From positions 1-39,519 of the forward strand of contig JBLNCY010000016.1 of NCBI GenBank assembly GCA_050261115.1: a DNA stretch of 39,519 nt, in the 5' to 3' direction. Below are positions 27,715 through 36,321 of the stretch, one piece after another. Numbering within the stretch: position 1 is the first letter of the stretch; every line of letters begins with the position of its first letter. The stretch comes from Methanocella sp. Lineage in GTDB: Archaea; Thermoproteota; Bathyarchaeia; Bathyarchaeales; Bathycorpusculaceae. A program made the translations under genes and the position numbers. A model generated the notes under the pieces. The model did not search any database. It was not told the origin of the DNA and saw nothing but the letters and a program-made list of their open reading frames with translations.

Positions 27715-28512
27715 TTATGCTTTTCCTGCGATTATTTGATTGTAGAGGTCTTCGGCTTCTTGAGCGGTGTAGCCTTTGTGGATGATTGCTTGGATGGCGC
27801 GTATGGATGCTACTGGATGCTCGGTTTGCCAGATGTTTCGGCCCAAGTTGACGCCGATGGCGCCCTGCTGCATACCATCATACACAAAATCAAAGACCTC
27901 GCGTTGGGTCTCCGTTTTGGGTCCACCTGCAATGACGACTGGAACTGGACATCCATCGACTACTTTATGGAAGTTCTCCTTGCAATAGTAAGTTTTAACC
28001 ACTCTTGCGCCGATTTCGGCTACTATGCGGGCGGCGAGTGCTAGGTAGCGGGCTTCACGTTTTTCGAGTTCTTTGCCAACTGCGCAGACTGCCATGACTG
28101 GGATGCCATAGTCTTCGCATTCATCGACTAGTTTTGAGAGGTTGGTGAGGCTTTTGTTTTCGTACTTGCTGCCGACAAAGCAGGACATGGATGCTGCGGA
28201 GGCGTTTAAGCGGATGATTTCCTGTATTGAGGTGACTATAGATTCGTTGGCTAAATCTTCGCCGACTACTGACACGGCGCCTGACACGCGCAGGATGACG
28301 GGTTTCTCGATTGCGGGGTCAACGCAGTTACGCAGGACACCCCGGGTTAGCATTAAGCCGTCGGCGTATTGTAGGATTGGTTTGATGGTTTCGCCAGGGC
28401 GTTCTAGGCAGTGTGTTGGGCCTTGGAAGTAGCCGTGGTCGATGGGTAAAAAGAGGGCTTTGCCGTCTTTTTGGATGAGTCTGTTTAAGCGGTTTTGCAT
28501 TCCCCATTCCAT
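27715..28512 (-). CDS. lsrF: LsrF-like class I aldolase/thiolase
   Basis: MEWGMQNRL, DHGYFQGP, VKTYYC, PVVIAGGPK, GRNIWQ. Confidence 0.8.
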   Translation of the reverse strand: MEWGMQNRLNRLIQKDGKALFLPIDHGYFQGPTHCLERPGETIKPILQYADGLMLTRGVLRNCVDPAIEKPVILRVSGAVSVVGEDLANESIVTSIQEIIRLNASAASMSCFVGSKYENKSLTNLSKLVDECEDYGIPVMAVCAVGKELEKREARYLALAARIVAEIGARVVKTYYCKENFHKVVDGCPVPVVIAGGPKTETQREVFDFVYDGMQQGAIGVNLGRNIWQTEHPVASIRAIQAIIHKGYTAQEAEDLYNQIIAGKA

Positions 28513-28706
28513 TTGTTTAGTCTCCTTGGAAGCAGTTGGTTTGAGGAGATAAATAACTTTATGCCCTTAGTGAGGGGTTGATATGGGTGCTTTGGCGTTT
28601 TCGGATTCCCCTGAATTAAGACAGCGTTTTTGCACTTGTCAGTTTTTTTATGAAAAGTTAGGCACTTGTCATAAACGCGTTTATATTAATTGACATTCCA
28701 TTAGTA

Positions 28707-28880
28707 ATGCGGTGTAAAGTTGAAAAAATGATGGAGTGCCCTAAATGTGGTGGCGGAATGGTACCCGAAGGCGAAACCTCCAACGACGGCGTCATATTAT
28801 TCTATCATTGTCCCAAATGTAAAAACATTAAACTGCGCGCCAGACGATTCGCAACCAGATATAGACTCGCCTACCTATGA
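28707..28880 (+). CDS. CPxCG-type zinc-finger microprotein (57 aa, or 50 aa from ATG 28728); absent from the ORF track
   Basis: MRCKVEKMMECPKCGGGMVPEGETSNDGVILFYHCPKCKNIKLRARRFATRYRLAYL*. Two CxxC motifs and TTTATATT ~20-27 nt upstream. Confidence 0.7.
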   Translation: MRCKVEKMMECPKCGGGMVPEGETSNDGVILFYHCPKCKNIKLRARRFATRYRLAYL

Positions 28881-29033
28881 ATGTGCAGTTACAGCACCTT
28901 TTCCCTGCAACCATTTTTTAGCATATTACAATAAAAGACAACCATAATTTTTGTTTCATGATTAGTTAGCGGGCAAGTTGAACTCTAAGTATAAATCAAA
29001 TGCTGAGTTCTAGAAACGTAGCGGTTTTTAGAG

Positions 29034-29639
29034 GTGAAAATTTTGAATCGAAAGTACCTATTTTTAGGCATAGCCCTGATTTTAGCAATCGCCTTCCCCT
29101 TAGCAGCCGCTGTTGTAACACAAACCCAAACCATACACGTCACCGGTACCGCAAACTACCCCCAAAACACCCCGCCCCCCACAGCAACGCCTACACCAAG
29201 CCCAGCAGCAACAGCCTCTGCCTCGCCTACGGTTCAGTTTTCCATATTTTTTCCAAACGGAACAGCCTACCCAACATCCGTAACGGGAGCGATTAACGGA
29301 GTAAACACAGTAGTTGTCGACCCCCTCTCAGGGCACAATGCCGGCTGGATACCCACCTGCATAGTCGTACGCAATGACGGAACAGTACCCATAACAATCA
29401 ACGCCACCGCAGTCAACATAAACATCCCAGCGAACCTGAATCTGGCGCTACAGTGCGGCCACTACGGCACCATAAACGGCGCATACGGCGTAGAACAAGC
29501 AACAAGCCAGCAACCCATACAGCCCGGACAAACCCACTTCCTGTCACTAATAGCGTTCCTAACGCCAACTGGCCCCTACTCACCCAATCAAGAATTTAGC
29601 TACAGCTATGACGTAGCCATAACGGCGACTCAGGCATAG
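29034..29639 (+). CDS. Secreted hypothetical protein with Pro/Thr linker and beta-rich domain
   Basis: Basic-plus-hydrophobic signal peptide, TPPPTATPTPSP linker, T-tract downstream. Confidence 0.7.
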   Translation: MKILNRKYLFLGIALILAIAFPLAAAVVTQTQTIHVTGTANYPQNTPPPTATPTPSPAATASASPTVQFSIFFPNGTAYPTSVTGAINGVNTVVVDPLSGHNAGWIPTCIVVRNDGTVPITINATAVNINIPANLNLALQCGHYGTINGAYGVEQATSQQPIQPGQTHFLSLIAFLTPTGPYSPNQEFSYSYDVAITATQA

Positions 29640-29719
29640 CGTTGCGGTTTATCCGCACCCACCATTTTTTAGAACCAGCATAGAAAATATGAGTGGCTGT
29701 TCCTTTGGTTATCTGCCCG

Positions 29720-29932
29720 TTAAGCGGATGGTTTTATGATTAGATAGCCTTTTTTGATCAGCCAGTGATGAAATTCATGGGTCGTATGAAGGCAGTTAGT
29801 GCTGCATTTTTTGCGTATCGCTTCGTATTCGGGTGAACCCTCTTTCTGCTTTTCGAGTTCAAGCTGGTTTGGGCACTGGATGTCTTTGCAGTATTCTCTA
29901 CGCTTATACTCTACGTAACCCTCGGGAATCAT
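29720..29932 (-). CDS. Small Cys/His-rich putative metal-binding protein (70 aa)
   Basis: YCKDIQCP...CSTNCLHTTHEFHHWL, with CTTATAT (TATA-like) upstream on the minus strand. Confidence 0.75.
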   Translation of the reverse strand: MIPEGYVEYKRREYCKDIQCPNQLELEKQKEGSPEYEAIRKKCSTNCLHTTHEFHHWLIKKGYLIIKPSA

Positions 29933-29960
29933 AGCATATCAAGGCTACGTTCCCATTTTA

Positions 29961-30043
29961 GCCATATAAGGGTTGCAGCCCAACGCTGCTGCTCTGCCAT
30001 AGACTTCCTGCCTTTATATATGGAGTCAATCCCGGGTTGGACC
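29961..30043. repeat. Dispersed ~80-bp intergenic element, copy A
   Basis: Collinear blocks GCCA..AAGGGT, CTG.TGCTCTGCC, AGAC.TCCT, TATATATGGAGTCA, CCCGGGTTG.ACC are shared with 36139-36219. Confidence 0.75.
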
Positions 30044-30103
30044 CCTCGTTGAAAAGTTAAGGTGCCGTTTTATCTAAAGGGCTGCCAGTCTACGGATAAA
30101 AAT

Positions 30104-30214
30104 AAACAGCCGTATCTTTATAAGGGAACAAATAATTAATCGATACGGACACAACCCTCTAAAATCGCCTGGGGAAAATGCTCTAAATCGGGAAATAAGC
30201 CCAAAAAGTCCCCT
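30104..30214 (+). promoter_or_regulatory. CRISPR leader, copy 2
   Basis: Precedes the first repeat, contains CTTTATAAG, and matches the reverse complement of 481-591 at 110/111 nt. Confidence 0.9.
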
Positions 30215-31201
30215 GTCCAAAAAGCTAATCCAACATAACAAGGATTGAAACATACCTACTGTGTCAAATCCATATCGCAGGTTCTCTGTCCAAAAAGCTA
30301 ATCCAACATAACAAGGATTGAAACTACGCCACATTATCCGCCAAAACTGCGCGGGGGCTGTCCAAAAAGCTAATCCAACATAACAAGGATTGAAACAACA
30401 GTATGGCGATGTATATACTTGGAAGATTTAGGTCCAAAAAGCTAATCCAACATAACAAGGATTGAAACTTTCTTCTAGGTCAACAGTGACTTTTTGGGGT
30501 GGATTGTCCAAAAAGCTAATCCAACATAACAAGGATTGAAACCCAAGTACGTTGCCTAAATGGAGTGACTATTCACGGTAGTCCAAAAAGCTAATCCAAC
30601 ATAACAAGGATTGAAACCCCCAATGGGCTACCTCCATCCTTTGGGGTATGGGTTGTCCAAAAAGCTAATCCAACATAACAAGGATTGAAACCAACTTTCA
30701 TCAGCACGTAACCCTACAAGCTGAATCTCGTCCAAAAAGCTAATCCAACATAACAAGGATTGAAACAAGTGTAGTGTTGGCTGTTGATGTCGCGGCGGTC
30801 AGTCCAAAAAGCTAATCCAACATAACAAGGATTGAAACCTATATTGCGGTTATAGGTCCATCGTGGCGTCAGAGTCCAAAAAGCTAATCCAACATAACAA
30901 GGATTGAAACTAGCAGCAACGAACATTTCCAAGCACATTTCTAATAGTCCAAAAAGCTAATCCAACATAACAAGGATTGAAACCGAGCACCATTTACAGG
31001 GGCACCTGACGACCAACGTCCAAAAAGCTAATCCAACATAACAAGGATTGAAACAGGTGTTATCCAGTCGGTTAAGCTTAAACCTTGACCCAGTCCAAAA
31101 AGCTAATCCAACATAACAAGGATTGAAACTCCGCAGAAAATGCCAGGCAGAAAAAGAACCAGTTGTCCAAAAGACTAATTCAACAAAACAAGGTTTGTGT
31201 T
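30215..31201 (+). CRISPR. CRISPR array: 13 identical 37-bp repeats, 1 degenerate terminal repeat, 13 spacers of 34-38 bp
   Basis: GTCCAAAAAGCTAATCCAACATAACAAGGATTGAAAC starts at 30215, 30288, 30360, 30432, 30506, 30581, 30655, 30730, 30802, 30874, 30947, 31018, 31093, with a degenerate copy at 31165-31201. The AATCC/GGATT stem and ATTGAAAC 3' end are typical of Cas6-processed class 1 repeats. Confidence 0.98.
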
Positions 31202-31244
31202 GTTTATGCTTTTTTTGTCTACCTGATAAGGGTGGGGGGGGAAG

Positions 31245-32678
31245 TTATTGGTGCATCTTGCGGTCTACGATGCGGTTTTTGCTGTCGATTAGTTTTATTT
31301 CCAGCGGCATCTGGCCTACCGCGTGTGTTGCGCAGCTTAGGCAGGGGTCAAACGCGCGGATAACCGCCTCCACACGATTCAACATCCCCTCCTCCAAAGC
31401 GCGTGCTTTCACATATTTCTTAGCCACTTGGGTGACGGCCATGTTGTAAGCTATGTTGCTGTGTTCGGTTGCGATAATCATGTTGTTCCACGTTATCATG
31501 CCTTGCTCGTCGATCTTGTAGTGATGGATGAGTGTTCCACGGGGGGCTTCTGCTACCCCTACTCCTTCAAAGTTGCTGACCGTTGCTTTCGATGTTACAT
31601 GGGGGTCTTGGATGGCGCGGTCTTCGAGTAATTGTTTTGCGGTTTCGATGCAGAAGAGGATTTCGATGAGGCGTGCGGTGTGGTAATGGAAGGTGCTCTC
31701 TACGACGCCGTTTCTGCCCAGCTTCTTGAACCACTTTAATTCTTCACCTGCAAGGGGTGTACCGCAGTGTTGGGCGACGTTTAATCTGGCAAGTGGACCT
31801 ACGCGGTAAGCGCCGTTTGGGTAGCCGACTGCTTTGTAGTAGGGGAACTTCATGTAAGACCAAGGCTCTACCGCTTCCCCAATAAAGTCGCTATATCTGG
31901 TTGGGTCTATGCATTCGTCAGCAACTTTCCCGTGGGGGTCGAGGATGCGTATTTTGCCGTCATAATGTTCTAGGCCGCCGTCGGGGGTTACTTGGCTCAT
32001 GTAGTAGGTTTGGAAGTTACCGAAATGATCAACCTCATCTTTCAAGTCGTCTAGCATGTGCTTCCACATTTCAAGCGTTTTCTGGGTTGCATCTAGCGCT
32101 TCAGGGAGGTAGCTTCGTAGGTAATCGGCGCGTTCCTTAGTGAGGGGCCATTTTGCTCCGCCGGGCAAGACCCATTCGCTTGAATGAATCTTTTTACCCG
32201 CGACTTTTTCGATGATTTCCTGTCCGAATTTTCGTAGTCTTATGCCGCGTTTTGCCAGTTCGGGGTTCTTTTCGATTAAACCAAAGATGTTGCGTTGTGT
32301 GGGGTCTGAATCGAACCCTAATAGTAGGTCGGGGGAGGAGAGGTGGAAGAAGTTGAGTGCATGCGACTGGATAAGTTGCCCCATATGCATTAGGCGGCGT
32401 AGCATGACGACGGTTTTAGAGGGGTTTACGCCGACAATCTGGTCGCAGGCTTTAACGCTTGCCAGTAGATGGCTGACAGGGCAGATACCGCAGGCGCGAC
32501 TGGTGATGGCGGGTAACTCGTAGAAGGGTCGTCCCTCTGTGAATTTTTCGAAGCCCCGAAAGTCGGTGACGTTGAAGAGTGCCTCTTTGACTGAGTCGTC
32601 GTCGTTTAGCAGTATGGTGACTTGTGCGTGGCCTTCTATGCGGGTGATTGGTCTGATTGTGATTTTTTTATCAGCCAT
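31245..32678 (-). CDS. hoxH: [NiFe] hydrogenase large subunit (group 3d, Hox type)
   Basis: ITRIEGH, L1 motif SRACGICPVSH, EAPRGTLIHHY, L2 motif FDPCLSCATH plus C-terminal extension AVGQMPL... Confidence 0.93.
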   Translation of the reverse strand: MADKKITIRPITRIEGHAQVTILLNDDDSVKEALFNVTDFRGFEKFTEGRPFYELPAITSRACGICPVSHLLASVKACDQIVGVNPSKTVVMLRRLMHMGQLIQSHALNFFHLSSPDLLLGFDSDPTQRNIFGLIEKNPELAKRGIRLRKFGQEIIEKVAGKKIHSSEWVLPGGAKWPLTKERADYLRSYLPEALDATQKTLEMWKHMLDDLKDEVDHFGNFQTYYMSQVTPDGGLEHYDGKIRILDPHGKVADECIDPTRYSDFIGEAVEPWSYMKFPYYKAVGYPNGAYRVGPLARLNVAQHCGTPLAGEELKWFKKLGRNGVVESTFHYHTARLIEILFCIETAKQLLEDRAIQDPHVTSKATVSNFEGVGVAEAPRGTLIHHYKIDEQGMITWNNMIIATEHSNIAYNMAVTQVAKKYVKARALEEGMLNRVEAVIRAFDPCLSCATHAVGQMPLEIKLIDSKNRIVDRKMHQ

Positions 32679-33210
32679 ACTTTGATCTTCCCTCCATAAC
32701 GGGTGTTCGGCCCGCTAAAAGCTCAGTTAAAACGTAGTTGATGAGGTCAGCGTTGGGTGGGCAGCCGGGGATAAAGTAATCGACTTTTACGACTTCATGT
32801 AGGGGTCTTGCATGGATGAGTAGTTTGGGCACTTCGGTGGGGATTTGGGCGTTCTTGTTTGACGGGTCAGCGTATGCACGTTCAAGGATGGCTTGGTCGC
32901 TGTGTTCCCAAGCGTTTCGAAGGGCGGTTACGTTTCCTGTGACTGCACAGTCCCCTAATGAGACAAGGATTGCGGTGTTGCTGCGAACTTTCTTGAGTGT
33001 TTCTTTTTGCTCCTCATTAGCCACCGCCCCCTCAACAAGAGTCACTGCGACGTTATCGGGGAACTCTTTAACATCCACAAAGGGGCTGTTAACCAGTGAT
33101 GCCTTTTGTGCTAAATCGATTAGGCGCTCATCTTGGTCTAGGAAAGACATATGGCAGCCGCTGCATCCGCTAAGCCAAACTGTTGCGATTCTAGTTTTCT
33201 TGTCACTCAT
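32671..33210 (-). CDS. hoxY: Hydrogenase small subunit (short, one cluster)
   Basis: WLSGCSGCHMS, GDCAVTGNV, PGCPP, 179 aa. Confidence 0.92.
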   Translation of the reverse strand: MSDKKTRIATVWLSGCSGCHMSFLDQDERLIDLAQKASLVNSPFVDVKEFPDNVAVTLVEGAVANEEQKETLKKVRSNTAILVSLGDCAVTGNVTALRNAWEHSDQAILERAYADPSNKNAQIPTEVPKLLIHARPLHEVVKVDYFIPGCPPNADLINYVLTELLAGRTPVMEGRSKYG

Positions 33211-33907
33211 GTGGTTGGTTCCTCCGTTTTAGCAGGAACACGGCTATGTCGTGGTCTTTTGTGTGCTCAATCATTTCGCCCTCGATGTAGATGGCGCCGA
33301 CAGGGCAGACTTTGGCGCATTTACGGCAAGACGTGCAACTTTTGGCGGTGCCCCATTTTTGGTCTTGATCCATTATGACCTGGGTGTTTCTGCCCCGCAT
33401 CTTTAGGTCTAAGGTGTGAGATCCCTCTATCTGGTCACAGACGCGGATACAGCGTGTGCATAGGATGCATCTGTTTCGGTCGATGACGAGGAAGTCGTGG
33501 GTAGAGTCGATTTCGTCACAGCTCCAGTTCCGTTCATACATGACATGGTCGACGCCGTGGTTGTTGGCTTCTGCTTGCAATTCACAGTGCTCGTTGGCAA
33601 CGCAAACAGCACAGATGTGGGTTCGCTCAGCCAGCAGGGTTTGCAGAACCATTTTTCGGTATTCATAGAGCTTGGGTGATTGGGTGGTTACTTCCATGCC
33701 TGAAGACGCCGGCGTAGTGCATGCGGGGAAAAGTTTGGTTGTGCCGCTGACTTCGACGAGGCATAGTCGGCAGCCGCCATAGGGAGTTAAGCCCTCGAGT
33801 TGGCAGAGGGTGGGGATTTTTATGCCGCTCAGCTGGGCTGCTTTGAGGATGGTTGTTCCTTCAGGAACCTGCACTTCAGCGCCGTCAATTCTTAATCTAA
33901 CGCTCAT
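33203..33907 (-). CDS. hoxU: Diaphorase Fe-S subunit
   Basis: IPTLC...GGCRLCLVE, HICAVCVANEHCELQ, CILCTRC, CTSCRKCAKVCP. Confidence 0.92.
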   Translation of the reverse strand: MSVRLRIDGAEVQVPEGTTILKAAQLSGIKIPTLCQLEGLTPYGGCRLCLVEVSGTTKLFPACTTPASSGMEVTTQSPKLYEYRKMVLQTLLAERTHICAVCVANEHCELQAEANNHGVDHVMYERNWSCDEIDSTHDFLVIDRNRCILCTRCIRVCDQIEGSHTLDLKMRGRNTQVIMDQDQKWGTAKSCTSCRKCAKVCPVGAIYIEGEMIEHTKDHDIAVFLLKRRNQPHE

Positions 33908-35550
33908 TGGACTTCAGCCTCATCCCTTGTCTTATAGCACTTGCCTGCCTCACAGGTCTTGTCAACGATGTGGTGGATGTATTCGTCTTTGAAGTATCGA
34001 AGCGTGGTTATGACTGGATTGGGGGCGGTTTGGCCTAAGCCGCAGAGGCTGGCGTCTCGGATGAAAACGCTGGCTTTCTCAAGCGTCCCAATATCGCTCA
34101 ACTTGCCTTGTCCATGTGTGATTTTATCAAACACTTCTAACATACGCGGCAACCCCGCCCTGCAAGGAGTGCACCTACCGCAGGATTCGTCGACGCAGAA
34201 CTCGGTAAAGTAGCGGGCGGTATCCACCATACAGTCATCCTGGTCGAGGACAACTATGCCGCCTGAACCCATAATGGCCCCAACTTGAATAAGCGAGTTG
34301 TAGTCTATGGGGGTTTCAAGGAGTTGTTCTGGCAGGCAGCCGCCTGAGGGGCCGCCGATGAGCACAGCTTTAAAATTTTTACCGTCTGGTACTCCGCCGC
34401 CGATGTCAAAGACGACTTCACGCAGCGTCATGCCCATAGGGACCTCGATTATGCCGGGGTTCATGATTTTGCCTGTGAGGGAGAAGCATTTGGTGCCTGC
34501 GCATTTTATGGTGCCTGTTTTGCAGAACCATGAGGCGCCGTTCTGGATGATTAAGGGTATGTTGGCGAGGGTTTCGACGTTTTGGATGAGTGTGGGTTTC
34601 TGCCATAGCCCCGAGTTGGCGGGGTAGGGCGGTCGGGGTCGGGGCATCGCTCTACGCCCCTCTACTGAGGCTAGGATGGCGGTTTCTTCTCCTGCAACAA
34701 AGGCGCCTGCGCCGAGGCGGAGTTCTATGTCGAATTTGAAGGAGGTCTCAAATACGTTGTTGCCGATGAGTGACATGGCTCTAGCCTGCGCTAGGGCTTT
34801 CTGTAGTGTCTGGATGGCGAGGGGGTATTCGCTGCGGATGTAGATGTAGCCTTTTTCGGCGCCGATGGCGTAGGCGGCTATTAGCATGCCTTCGATGATG
34901 GCATGGGGGTCTGCTTCTGCTAGTGACCTGTTAGCGTAGACTCCGGGGTCGCCTTCGTCGAGGTTGGCAACGATGTATTTGGGGGTTTTGTGGGCTCTGG
35001 CTACAAGGCGCCATTTTTGTCCCGTCGGGAAACCTGCGCCGCCTCTGCCCCGCAATCCGCTGGCTAAAACCTCGTTAATTACGGCTTGGGGCGCCATGCT
35101 GCTTAAGCACTTAGCGAGTGCCCCATACCCGCCGACTGCTATGTAATCTTGGATTCGGTTGGGGTCGATTTTACCGGCGTTGCGCAGAACGAGTCGAAGC
35201 TGTTTCTTGAAGAAGGTGCCGCCTTCATAGAGCAGGTCTTTGACAGGTATATCGAGGGCGATGTGGTCGCGTACGATTTCTCGGGCTTTCTCTGGCGTCA
35301 CAGCCTCATAGGCGTAGTCGCCGGGTTCCACGAGCACCATGGGGCCGACTGAGCATGCACCGATGCAGCCTGTACGTGCAACCCTACATTCACGCTCAAG
35401 ACCAAACTCCTTGACGGCGTCCTCAAATGCTTTTAGAATTTTTAGCGAACCAAGCGCGACGCAGCTGGTGGAGCAGCAGACGTTGATGCGGTACTTGTAC
35501 TCGAATTCGAGTTCCTGCTCCACGATTTTGGGTAAGTCAGAGAGTTTCAG
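33904..35550 (-). CDS. hoxF: Diaphorase NAD/FMN-binding subunit (NuoF-like), probable CTG start
   Basis: N-terminal 2Fe-2S domain, GLRGRGGAGFPTG, GAGAFVAGEETA, ESCGRCTPCRAG, SLCGLG. GGAGG lies 8 nt before an in-frame CTG at 35550 (listed GTG start 35523). Confidence 0.92.
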   Translation of the reverse strand: MKLSDLPKIVEQELEFEYKYRINVCCSTSCVALGSLKILKAFEDAVKEFGLERECRVARTGCIGACSVGPMVLVEPGDYAYEAVTPEKAREIVRDHIALDIPVKDLLYEGGTFFKKQLRLVLRNAGKIDPNRIQDYIAVGGYGALAKCLSSMAPQAVINEVLASGLRGRGGAGFPTGQKWRLVARAHKTPKYIVANLDEGDPGVYANRSLAEADPHAIIEGMLIAAYAIGAEKGYIYIRSEYPLAIQTLQKALAQARAMSLIGNNVFETSFKFDIELRLGAGAFVAGEETAILASVEGRRAMPRPRPPYPANSGLWQKPTLIQNVETLANIPLIIQNGASWFCKTGTIKCAGTKCFSLTGKIMNPGIIEVPMGMTLREVVFDIGGGVPDGKNFKAVLIGGPSGGCLPEQLLETPIDYNSLIQVGAIMGSGGIVVLDQDDCMVDTARYFTEFCVDESCGRCTPCRAGLPRMLEVFDKITHGQGKLSDIGTLEKASVFIRDASLCGLGQTAPNPVITTLRYFKDEYIHHIVDKTCEAGKCYKTRDEAEVQ

Positions 35551-36031
35551 CCTGTTCGCCTCCTGCGAGTTTCTCTTTTATTTTTTGGATGACGGCTTCT
35601 TTGGTGGCTTTGCCGATGACTTCGTCGTCGACCACTATGTTGGGGGCCATGGCGCATACTCCGATGCATCGGGTCATTAGTAGGCTGAGTTTGCCGTCTG
35701 CTGTAGAGCCGCCTCGTTTAAGGTTGAATTCCTGTTCGACTGCCGTCATAATTTGGTCGACGCCTTTTACGTAGCAGGCGGTTCCTAGGCAGCCTGTCAC
35801 GATGTGTTGGCCGGGTTTGCGGAGTTTAAAAAAGCTGTAAAACGTTGCGACGCCATAGACGTGGCTTGGCGGCAGATTCAAGGAGTCTGAGATGTCAAGC
35901 AATAGGTCTTTGTCGAGATAGCCGTAGATGTCTTGTGCCTTATGCAGTATCTCTAAGAGTGCGCTCTGCTGATAGTTGTGGTCTTTTAGTACCTTCTCAA
36001 GCATACCGCGCCGCTTATCGTCTCTTATCAA
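35537..36031 (-). CDS. hoxE: Diaphorase 2Fe-2S subunit (NuoE-like)
   Basis: VYGVATFYSFF, CLGTACYVKG, RCIGVCAMAP. GGAGG SD before TTG. Confidence 0.92.
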   Translation of the reverse strand: MIRDDKRRGMLEKVLKDHNYQQSALLEILHKAQDIYGYLDKDLLLDISDSLNLPPSHVYGVATFYSFFKLRKPGQHIVTGCLGTACYVKGVDQIMTAVEQEFNLKRGGSTADGKLSLLMTRCIGVCAMAPNIVVDDEVIGKATKEAVIQKIKEKLAGGEQAETL

Positions 36032-36138
36032 AAACGTTCCTCCAAGGCATTTATCTGCCTTAGTTCCAGAAAGTTACAATGTTTCCGATTATAAAAGTGT
36101 AGAGGAAGGCAGAAAAAACGGAGAAGACGGTTGCTAAC

Positions 36139-36219
36139 GCCAACGAAGGGTAGTGTGCGTCGCCTGTTGCTCTGCCGAGAGACCTCCTCCCCTATATATG
36201 GAGTCACCCGGGTTGAACC
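36139..36219. repeat. Dispersed ~80-bp intergenic element, copy B
   Basis: Diverged direct-repeat copy of 29961-30043. Confidence 0.75.
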
Positions 36220-36321
36220 TAAAAGCTGTAAAAGACTTGCAAGATTGAGACACAGAATCGTGGCTAGTTGCTGGGATACAGAAACAGTCTGCTATAGTAC
36301 TAAAAATGGGAAAGGTGAAAT

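Noticed and set aside
29986-30034. Resemblance of the repeat element to the tRNA-Cys 3' half (GCTGCTCT...ATATGG..TCAAT.CCC)
   Set aside because: Needs a ~22-nt gap and several mismatches, and no cloverleaf forms.
36205-36219. SurR-type operator upstream of hox
   Set aside because: The site is GTT-N1-AAC, not the GTT-N3-AAC spacing known for Thermococcales SurR.
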